From assembly GCA_976551045.1 (NCBI GenBank), contig CDPCPM010000074.1, forward strand, positions 12,214,001 through 12,278,000: 64,000 nucleotides of DNA. Direction: 5' to 3'. Shown one piece after another: positions 41,801 through 53,800 of the stretch (the first letter of the stretch is position 1; each line of letters starts with the position of its first letter). A program made the position numbers and the translations under genes. The stretch comes from Glaucostegus cemiculus. Lineage: Eukaryota. The notes under the pieces are model-generated. The model did not search any database. It had not been told where the DNA came from and was given only the letters and a program-made list of their open reading frames with translations.

Positions 41801-44800
41801 ATACAGTGAGAAGTATGTCCAGTGTTCATTGGTACAGTATTGTCCATGTCATCAGAAAAGGAATTGCACATTGAGTCAGTGGTATTAAAAGAATAAGGGT
41901 ACAGAATTTCATTCCTCTTACTCCTTCTTGAATGTAAGATGGTAATCAAACATAATGGTGTATATCTATTTTCCTTGTTTAAATGATGTGGCAAATTTAT
42001 AGGTTCAGTTTATGATCTAACAATACCTAATGATTTTGGAATTGTTGATGCTCTTTCAACAACAGTGAAATTAAATTTAATAATCAATCATGAAGCAAGA
42101 GTAATAATGATTCATTAAAACTTCTCAAAACAGATTGTCTATCAAGTGGCATTGGGAATGTTTCTTAATGTAGCTGTAAAACCCACAACCTAACAATGCT
42201 CGAGAAACACCCATTTTACTGAACATGTTTTTTGTGTACTAGTAGAACTTCTTTGAGAAATGCAAGCACATCCTGGAATGTGCAGGCATCTAAAAATATG
42301 CAAGTGAGGTAGCAAATAATCCTACCAACAGAACAAAAATATTTTAATTACTTGTTCACAGCTTATCCCAAGAGCAACTCTGGCTTCACCCGTTCAGATG
42401 TTATCCCTTTTGTCTTTTCTATCCCTAACCCTCCCTGCAAATTAATACTAATTTATTTCTTCTCCTTCCCAGATTTGATGAAGGGTTTTCAAACTGAAAT
42501 GCTAACTTTGTTTCTCTTTCCACAGATGCTGCCTGACCTACTAAGTGTTTTCAGCATTTTCTGTATTTATTTTTAAATAGTGTTGTAGATATAAACCTCA
42601 AAAAGGGAAAAGAAAGCCATAGACCTTGCCGGAGGTGGGGCAAGAGATGCTTGATAGAATGGCAAGATGGGTAATTTGTGAGGTGGTGCACTTCTTTCAC
42701 CATTTATGCAGAGCTTGTCTGCATTCCCAACAAATATACCCAAGGTTTTCAATGCCATCTTGTATGCTACTTCTTGGGTTTAAGTGGTCATAGACCAGAA
42801 ATTTTGTGCGATGGTGAGGATGTTGCACCATCAAAGAGGACCTAATGAATTTTTTCCTTTGCCCACCCACCTTGCTCTCACTGTAACAGAATATAGAATA
42901 GAGTGTCTGTTTTGTGAATCTGATGTTGGACATATGAATGATGCTGCCTACCCTTTGAACCTGGTGAAATGTAATTTGGCCTTCTATGGTGGCCATTGGC
43001 CTGGTGAAAGATACTGTTGTCAACTCACATACCTTGCCAGTGGATTTGGAGGATTTTGCGGGGGCAGTATTGGTGGTATCTCTCTAGAGTTTTGATGTGC
43101 CTCTGGTAGGTGGTCTCAGAATTATAAGGGAGATCAGGGATTATTGTTGCTCAGTAGACCATGATCTTTGTGCCAGTGAATCTAACATTGATCTCCAAAC
43201 ACCTTTTTTTTCCTCTAATGGCTAAAGACTATAATGGAGTACTAAAGGGGATGTTGAATTTCATTACCGATGTCTGCCTTCATTGAGAGATGGCTCCTGA
43301 GACATAGAAAATGGTTCACAATGGGATGTGGTTTACAACAGTGGCAAACTGGTAGATAATTTTTGTTTCACGGCTCATTCTTTCATATGCCTCAGTGAAT
43401 AAATCAGTGATAATCTGAATGTGCACATATACAACTGTCACCCACATGTTGCAGCTCCTGGATCTGGAGTGGAGGAGACCTATGGTAGATGGCTTCCTAT
43501 CCTTCCTATTCTTTCTGTAGATTAGGTCCACTCCAGCAGGAGCTTATTGAAGTTGAGATACTGCACCATGGCAAGAAAGATTGAGAAAAATGGTTTGTTG
43601 ATGCAACCAATCTTTTCACCAGTCTTCACTGAGATCGGGCCTGCTTGTGAGCACCTTGAAAAGTTTTGTGTCCAGAATAGTTGTCAACTGTACACAAACT
43701 ATTTGTGTGCAGATGTGTGCAATTGTCTCCGTGCTAAACCTTGTCAAAAATTTACAGTATGGATGTCCTGTTCTAAACTCAGTCTTGCTGCTCAACCTTC
43801 AAAAGCTGATCTTTGAGATCATCTGGACAAATCGTCCTTTTCATTCGAAGGACCTAGAATTGCAATACCAATGTGGACAAGCAAAGGCATGACCTATCAC
43901 ATGCCCATACAAGCACAAGCACAGCTTTGTGTAATGATTACTGGGTTGCTGGGGTTGGGGTGGGGGTATGAGGGTGAGTGGTGGCACATGCCCTTGTTTG
44001 CCTTGCCCTCTGCTGTACTGTCTGGCAAGGATTCAATAAAAAGAGTACCATTGAAATTAGCATCATAAAGCAGCCAATGAAGGCCAAGGAAGAATGCACT
44101 GAAGGAACAAATTGTCATAGGCTAAATCACTCTTGCAAGGAATTTCCTTGGTGATTTCCCATTTTTTCTCTATCATTTTGAAGTAAGCCAAGTAGAAAGT
44201 ATTGATGGACACAAAAACAATTTCATCTAATTAGCCCACAATGTTGTGATGAACCAATTACATTAATAATAAAATGGTCAACTGAACTAGTCCCTTCTGC
44301 CTATCCTACCATTTCCCTCACATTTATGTGCCAATCTAAGAGCCTCTTGAACACCCCTATTGTATTTGCCTCCACTGCCACCTCAGGCAGCGCATTCCAG
44401 GCACCCATCATGCTCTGTGTAAAAAAACTTGGCCTGCACTCCTCCTATGAAATCCCATCACCTTAAATGCCTGCCCTCTGGTATTAGACATTTCAAACCT
44501 GGGGAAAAGATACTGACTGCCTGCTCTATCTATGCATCTCATGATCTTATAAACCTCTAATAGATCTCCCCTCAGTCTCTGCTGCTCCAGAGAGAACAAC
44601 CCATGTTTGTCCAACCTATCCTCATAGCACATGCCCTCTAATCCAGGCAGCATCTTGGTAAACCTCTTCTGCACCCTCTCCAAAGCCTTGACATCCTTCC
44701 TATAATGGGGTGACCAGAACTGAATGCAATACTCCAGATGCAGCCTAACTAAAGTTTTATAAAGCTGTAGCAAAACTTACTGACTCTTGAGACCACTGCT

Positions 44801-47800
44801 GGAGTATTGTGTACAGTTTTGGTCTCCGGGATTAAGGAAGGATATCCTGGCTATAGAGGGTGTGCAGCGTAGGTTCACAAGGTTAATTCCAGGGATGTCA
44901 GGACTGACTTATGCTGGGAGGTTGGAGAGACTGGGTTTGTACACGCTAGAATTGAGAAGATTAAGAGGGGATCTGATTGAGACTTATAGGATTATTAAAG
45001 GTTTGGACAGGATAGAGGTAGGAAATATGTTCCAGATGTTGGGAAATCCAGGACCAGAGGGCATTAGCTTAGAATTAAGGGTATGCCATTTAGGACAGAA
45101 GTGAGGAGAAACTTCTTCTCACAAAGGGTGGTAAATCTGTGGAATGCACTGCCTCAGAGGGCAGTGGAGGCCAATACACTGGGCACTTTCAAGGAAGAGT
45201 TAGATAGGTTTCTTATAGATAGGGGAATCAGGGGATATGGGGACAAGGCAGGAACAGGTTATTGAGGGTAGATGATCAGCCATGATCTCAAAATGGCGGA
45301 GCAGACTCGAAGGGCCGAAAGGTCTACTTCTGCTCCTATTGTCTATTGTCTATAATATCTCAACTAATGAAGGCAAGTATGCCATATGCATTCTTTACCG
45401 CCCTATCTAACTACGTAGTCACCTTCAGGAAGCTATGAACTTGGACCCTAAGATCCCTCTACTCATCAACACTGTTAAAAATACATTTGCACATAGAAAC
45501 GAAATATTAACATTGACATTGCTGAAAGTTGTTTCCAAGGAACAAGGTTGAGTTGACTTAATGAAAGGATACAGGATTTTAACTGGATAGTATGGATAGT
45601 GGAAAGCTTTTCCCATCAGCAGGTGTATAGATTAAAAATTGTGGCAAAAGATACAAAGTGAATGAGTACCACATGTGTACCTGTCTCTTTACATTTGATC
45701 TCCCAAGGTGCAACACTTCACATTTGGCCGGGTTGAACTCCATCTGCCATTTCTCCGCCCATATTTGCAACTGATTTTTATCCTTTGCCAGTCTTCTATG
45801 CTATCACAACACCACCAATCTCCGTATCATCTGCAAACTTACTAACCCACCCATGTACATTTTTATCCAGGTTATTTATATACTTACATATGTTCCAAAT
45901 TTGTCATGGGTTTGAACATTCTGCTTTTTATGTTTGTAATTTCTATTCCTTCAATACCACTGTTAAAAGAAAATAAAGAAAAATCTCTCAAAATACATCC
46001 TTGAACAAAATACAAACACAGTTATATGAGTTTTTGGTAAGGTGAATTATCTTATTAAATAAAATTTACATAATGAGATCCAAACATGTTTTTGAAGTCT
46101 CATGAAATATATGCCTGGTATTCATACATTTAAAACAACGTAATAATTCTATGCAGTTGCTCACTTTTTTGACCTCATGTATTTTATACATGTGATGAAT
46201 GCAAGTCAAATTATATAAAACTAAGTAACTGATTAGATTGTATCTTAGAGATGCACAACATTTTATTTTACAAAAACAATAGCTAATATTACTATAAATT
46301 TTCTCATTAACTTACAGAGATTGAAGGTGGTTGAGATTGTCAAACTGTTCAAGATGAAAAAAATTGATTGGATTGTCAGATATATTCCTAAAAGAAATTG
46401 ATATGATTATTTTATGATGGAATTTAAGTGAATAATAATGCACCAATCACAGAAATATTAATTGGTTTTACTTACAATTTTTTCAGTAATTTAATATTTT
46501 TGAATAGATGTTTGGGGAGTTCCTGAATCTTGTTTGATGACAATTCCCTGAGAAAAATACAAAATAAATTATCAGAAATTTGTAGGTTAGGTTAGTTATT
46601 CAACAAAGCACAACAAGCTCACAGTAAAATAAAAGTTAAAAATACATTTGCACATAGAAACAAAATATTAACATTGACATTGCTGAAAGTTGTTTCCAAG
46701 GAACAAGGTTGAGTTGACTTAATGAAAGGATACTCACAGTAGCACCACTAAAACCTCCACTTACAAAGGTGACAACCAATTGTCAGATATTTCTCCTGTA
46801 GATATTAAGAGTTCATGAACCAGATTGGATTTCAATTCAGATCAATTCTTGGACTAGAAATTCTAGTGCTTAAAAGGTGTATTAAAGTGTTGCTACACAA
46901 TAGGGCTGTACCTTAGTGTGGTGTGTATTAGAAATGGAATTCAGAATACAGGGGTTGCTGTTCAGAGATAAGATTAGAGATCAAAGGACATCAGCAGATT
47001 TTTTGTGGAGGAGCAGAAGGTGTTGATGTTGATATTAAGGAGTAGGACCAAACTGTAAGCAAACCACATAGGGAATATCTACAAAGGAGAAGGTGGATGC
47101 CTTGGACTCCTTGATAACTGACCTGATATAGTTGTTTTCCCCTTTACTTAGTGCTCTAACAAAGGCATGCTTTGTTGTGACTGACCTCTGCCATTCACTG
47201 GCCTTGTATACGTGCAAAGATTTATAGGCTCACACCATTCAATGACATTTCTCAGGCCCTGTTAACTCCATGCATAGAGGACATAAATGAATTTCCAGAT
47301 GTGTATCGCCCATGTGTTGTATTTAGGGTTTTAATAAAGATCAACAGAGCATCACACAAAAATGTTGCAATATTTAATTTCAAATCCCTTATATATTTAT
47401 GATGAATTTGATAGAATTGTGATTTTTTTATAAAGGCATAACTGTGATACTTGGGTCTTGATTGCAACAGTAATAGAAGAAGTTATTCTAGCAATATTTT
47501 CCTAGTAATGTTTCTGTGCCATCTTGCTAATTGGCTGCTTACACCTTCCTGATTATTCTATTTTATCTGAGACCTAATTAATAATGACAAATAGTTTTTT
47601 TATATCAATTTGATAAATGTAAATCATTACATTTACTAATCAGGACACTTAAGGTGGTATATCAAAAGTGAGAAACCTTGCAATACATAAATGGGAGGCT
47701 ACCTCATTAAACATATTTAAGACATAGTTAGATAGATTATTGCATAGTAGGGGAATTAAGCATTATGGGGAAAAGGCAGGTAGGTGGACCTGAGTCCATG

Positions 47801-50800
47801 GCCAGATCAGCCATGATTTTATTGAATGATGGAGCAGGCTCGATGGGCCAGATGGCCTACTCCAGCTCCTATTTATTATGTTCTTATACGTAGTAAAATA
47901 TAGCTAAATTAGCATATATTGTAGTGGAAAGCACATAGACGTACAGATCTATCAAACTGTGTAATGGAGCAAATGTCTTTTCGGAAATGGTAGCAATTTC
48001 ATTCCGCTGAATATACCTGTGGAAGAAAAATGTATAATTGTTATTAAATAATGTTGGTATGTTTGTCTTTAAATGGAAGAGTTTCCTACAGGTCTAAAAT
48101 ACAGATCTTCAAACATATTTTTTTCATTCATTCAAGTTGTTTGTGCCCTAACATTGTCCAATCCCTTTGCCCACCTTAGGGACCGATCCTCATCCAAGTT
48201 TGGAATTCCTTTCTTTGTTTTATCTCTCCGTCTTTTCACTTGTCAGTGAGAGAAAATGCTGGAAGTCAGAATGAGCATGTGTATGGTGGTGAGGAGCCAA
48301 CATCAGAAAGTAAGCCATTTCCCCTAAACCTCATTGATGTATTTATTCTGGCATGTCTATCTATACAAGGAATGATTGAAAAAATCTAGTTATATCAACC
48401 CATTGGAGCTATTACAAAGGAATACACGCAAGCCAGAATCCTAAACAGCAAACTAGAGGGAGCTTTGTCATTACATAATCAAAAAAATCAAAGTAAAATG
48501 TTCTAGCCATACGACTGAGCATGGTAGTGGATAATAAAGCAATTAACAGAAACTGAAGTCCTCATAAATTTTGCCATCTTGAACTGTGGTGCAGGGTGCT
48601 GAGGGAGGGCAGGAGATATCCTCACCACCAATGCAAAATCCATGGGAAATCACAAAAGAAAAATAAAAAGGAAAGCTGGAATGCAAGTAAATTTCTGCTT
48701 AAGAAGACCTAGACTCTTGACATGACTTCAGGTGTTGTCTCACCCATAACCTATAGCAAGACTTCCCTAGTTTTATATTCTATCCCCTGACAAGGATGAT
48801 CTACATTCCTTTTGCTCTCCTAATTTCTTGCTATACTTGCATATATTTCTTGTACTGTCAGCCAGAACCCACAGCAAAGCAGCATTCAGTAGTTTCTCTC
48901 TATTAAATAATATTCTGTTTTTCTGTTCTTTCTACAGTGTACAATTTCACATTTTCAACAGGATATACCATCAGGTAATTTTTGGAAGATGATGACCAGC
49001 GCATCCACAATCTGCACAGCAACAATATCAAAACCCATGAAGTCATGGGCAGAATGTGAAAATGGTTGCCGGAATATTCTAGGTAAGAGAACTCTCAGAA
49101 TCTCCTGATCTGTGTAAAAGTTGTAACATAATACAATATGGATGAACAATGGAATTTACCTTTTTGTGGCCTTTTTCAATGACTTCATATTACAAATAGA
49201 TTTGATTACATAAATATACTTACAGCACAGCCAGTTTATCACATTTCAGGAAATTTGAATCAACCAATGATTTGATACGATTACTGTCAAAATCCCTAAA
49301 AGTACAATTGGGTATCAAAGTTAACTTGAACACAAATGAATTGGACCATAATGAATAATTTTAAAATCAATAGCAAATAATAACATCCAAAGTTAAATAC
49401 AAAAGAAAAGAGTTCATTCATTTTATCAACAATGAGAAAATAGATTTCACTCACATCAGGCACAATTTTGGGACTTCAGTGCATATTGTTCTTTTTGGAA
49501 GGTTTTCCAATAAATTGTTTACCATAGATCTACAAAGAAAAGGTTAAATATTTGCAGTAGGATGAACTATCAAATTAAACATTTACCCACTGGTCACTTA
49601 TTTTCAGAATAAATATCCCCCATTCTTAGTTCTTCGTGACACACCCTAGACCTGGGGTTGTAAATGCAGATCTGACCTGCCTTTGTTTTAGGAGCTGAAT
49701 AGGTGATGCACACGTAACATTACTAATACTAACTCCACAATTTTCAGTTTCCCATTTACAAATATATGGGATTTATGCTTATTTGTTTTATACAGAAGGT
49801 CATGTGACAGATGAACACATTGCTGATTTAGTGAATGAAACAGAGATCTCATCAAGGTTTAATTGCACTTTATCATTTGTGTTTGCATGGGAAAATACTA
49901 TATGACAAGGACTAGTAGGTGGGGATGCACCCCTTCAACATTTTGAAGGGATTTCTCCCTTCTTCCACTCCAACCCCATAGAGAGGGCAATGCCTGTTTT
50001 TTCATCTCTTCCCTTTCAAGCCTTCAAGGATCCATGCATCTTTCCAAGTAAGGCAGTGATTACTTTTCACTTCTTCCAATCTAGTGACTGCATTTGGTGG
50101 TCACAATGTGGTTTCCTCTACATTATAGAAACCAAACACAGATTGGTTGATTGTCAAGTACCTGCTCTTAGTCTGTGACCGAGTGACTGAGCTTCTGATT
50201 GCCTGCCACTTTAATTCATCATCCCATGCCCACTCCTACCTTTTGGTCCATGTTCTCCTGCACTACACTGGGTCAGAATAGGGCAAATGATGGGAATGGG
50301 AATTGGTCTGATAATGGAGGTGTGCATGAATCAGGTAGATGATTTTGGGGTGAGGAGAAATCAGGCAGGTGACTAGGTGTGATTGTGCTAAGGACACTGT
50401 CAGTGAGAGGTGGGGTGATAACAATAGTAAGCTGAAGAAGGATACTTGTAACAAAGTAAGCTTGGAAGATGGATACTCTGATAGTGACTCGTGTAGGCTA
50501 GAAGCCTTCAACTAATGCTGAAGGAGGTTTCAGCCCTCTGGTTAAGACTGATATCAATGTTCATGCAAGGCTTTCATGTGCAATATATTGAGTGAGTATG
50601 TGACTTTAAATATACATGTAACATCTGGTATGACTTTTGATATTCTGTTGTACCAATCACTACTGCTGGTTGAGCACAAATTGTTGCCTGGTGAATATGC
50701 AGATAAAACTTGTTTGGCATCATTTGCCCAAAAAATCTACATTCATGTTATTAGTATCTGTAGGCTCTTTTGTATTGTTGATTAGTGAAGTAAATAATAA

Positions 50801-53800
50801 AGTAGGAGCTACTGCCTGAGAATTCTTTATTGAAAGCAGACAACATTCAATGATTAGTAGTGGCTAGTACAACAGTCCTGTAATTCAGACGTCATCCCAC
50901 AATGTACACATGTTTCTTAAAGGTACATATATACCCAATATATATCATACTGCTTTTCTTTTAAGAAAAGCTAACAAATCCATAACAGCAATAATGATAT
51001 ACAAACATTAAGAAATGTATGTCAATTGATAGAATAATTTAAACATAAATAAATAGGAGTCCACTAATATTCTGGTCTTCTCAACAACAAATGTACTTAC
51101 AAAATACATAAAGATTTCAGTCCAATAAATATCCGTGGTGAGATTTTTGATATAAGGTTGTCATCAAGAATTCTAAGAAATAAAGAATTGCACTATTTCA
51201 AACAAGGAAGATGAGATATACAGATTTGGGTTTTATTCAGCTGCATGTTACATAGAATTACATAGAATGTGCAGGACAAAAAACAGTCATGTAGCTTAAC
51301 TGTTTTAGGCTGATGCTTATGCTCCATGTGAGCCTCCTTCACCTCTACCTAAGGAAAGAGGATAACAAAGAGCAGGTCCTAAAAGAGATCAAAACCATAG
51401 CCTGCGTATGAATACTTAATGAATACTTTGTATTTGTCTTCACAGAAGAGGGGAATAATATTGACATTAATATTAAAGAGGAATAATATGAAGTATGCAT
51501 AAGGAAAAAGATATCAAGAAACATAGGATCTTTAAAAGTGGCAATATCATCAAGTCTGGATAAAATGCAATTTAGATTCTTAAAAGAAGCAAAGGAGAAA
51601 ATAGTGCTGGTTCTGACTATCAATTTTCAATCCCCCTTGCCTCTAGGCATGATGGTAGGGGATTGAAGGCCAACGTGGAACTGTTATTTACAAAAGAACG
51701 AAGTGACAGACTGGACAACTACAAGCCTGGGCCTAACAATAGTGGTGGGTAAATTAGTGGTGGGAAAATTTCTGAGGACAGCACAATCAACATTAGAGGT
51801 GCAGATTAATGAAGGTGTGTGAATGACCTTTCATCAGAACTTTCCTCTTGAAATATTAGCTCTGTTTCCTTGTCAGTATATGCCACCCAACCTGCTGAGT
51901 ACTTCCAGCATTTTCTGTTTCTATGTCAGACTTCCAGCATCTGTAGTTTATCACTTTTTGATTATGGTGAATATCTACAATAAATGCTCTGTCCAGGTTA
52001 TGTGGCAGGGAATGGGCACAAACCCTGCAAAAACAGTTAAACACTTTTAATGCATGATTTACACATAAAAAAGCAAGTGCAAATGAGTTCAACATCCAAC
52101 CACAGGTTGGCTCTTGTACTTTCAGATCTGATGGATGCATGAGCCCAGGTGCAGACCTCTTCAATCTGAGAATGGGTCTCCGACTGCGAGTTGGGGCAAG
52201 GATCCTAAAAAGACAAAACACTCTTTTGCATGTCTAGAACCGTGCAGGTACTCCAGTTGATAAGGGTAAGTGACAGGCCATTGTGTCATTTTTCATTGGG
52301 AGCCCCTGAACTTGTAAATTCCAATCCCATTGTAAGACCAGGTTTTTTTGTTTCCTAACAGGCCCATGGCTTCCACTTCCTCTAGCCTAGACATCCTCTA
52401 TCTACCAAGGTTAGAAATAGCCATAGTTCTCATTGCTGACTCTTAGCATGCAGCTCCAGGAATATTCTTATTTTCCTCTATTAGGATTACTATCTGTTGC
52501 AACAAACAATCTGCTGGAGGAACTCAGTGGGTCGAGCAGCATCTGTTGGAGGAAAGGAACTGTCGACATTTCAGGTCAAAACCCTGCATCAGGAGTATAA
52601 CCATCTGTTGCTATATACGGTTTCAGCTTCCCAACCTCCATCCCAATCATTCTTCTTGCCCTCTCATTTCTACCATTATTTATTAATAGTTTGAGTAATT
52701 TTACAAAATTATATTCCAAGCAGGAAACTTCACCCATTAGGAGTGTTCATTAGGAATATGTTTGCATAAGCCTTATTATTTTCTATTTATTTGGACAGAA
52801 AATCATATCCAAATTACCAATATATAATCTTAGAAAAAAGGTTCAGTACTAGGACTATGATTTGGTGAGTTTTGCTCCACACATTCCTAGATCTCTATTC
52901 AGGTTCTGTTAAACATAGATGTTTATAATTTGTAGAGCATTTATTAAACCTGTGACCTCTATATTCTAGAAAGACAAATGTGGCATATGCATAGGAGAAT
53001 CAACAGCCACAATGCAGGATGCAAATGTCAAATAGGTGACCCACTCACCTTCTTAGGGGCAATGAAGGATGGGTCATAAATGTTGGCTTTGCCCTCAATG
53101 CTCACATAAATAATGAACAAAATAAACTAAACCTATTAGAAATAAAGAAACACAGTTGTTCTGAGAACAAAGTGCATATAAGAATGCTAATTAATGTAAA
53201 TAATTCATCATTTATCATAAGCCTTGTTCTACAATAGGATGTATAGCTGAAGATTTGAAGGTACAAGGGCCGGCAAGGGAAAGGTTTCCATCAAAGACAA
53301 CTCTTGGACTATTTCAAAAGTTTTTGGACTCTTACTATCAATCTTATTGAAAGGTGATGTACCTCCTTTCCAATGCTCTCATTAAGTTGCATTAGGACAA
53401 AATTTAATTGTCTCTGGTACTTCAACTTATGACTTAAGGAAGTATAAAAGCAAGTGTTAATTTACTAAAGATAAATGGAACTTAACTTATTTCCTGGACA
53501 CACGCATCTTGAATAGGAAAGGTTTAGAGAGTTATGGACCAAATGCAGACACATGGGACTAGCTTAAGGTGAGCACTTTGGTCGGCATGGACAAGTTGAG
53601 CCAAAGGGCCTGTTTCCATGCTGTACAGCTCTATGACTGTATCTTAAAAATCAAAATATCAGCGTGGCCAAAGGATTACATTTAGAAAGAAATGTTGATC
53701 TTAACATTCAATTAGTTATAACACAAATTAAATTATAAGGCATCTCAAATGTTTTTTAAGATAAATTAGAAATATCAAGCATTGGAGATTAAAATTGATG

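Larger units (their letters stand above)
44330..45882 (-). mobile_element. CR1 LINE (minus), interrupted by a plus-strand CR1 and a templated insert
   Basis: [24 protein letters not shown] (44408-44773), [18 protein letters not shown] (45579-45770), KFADDT near 45830. Confidence 0.88.

Noticed and set aside
46069-46140. Possible extra LRR exon between exons 13 and 14
   Set aside because: No LRR pattern, a stop in the frame tested, and the ten-LRR set is already complete.
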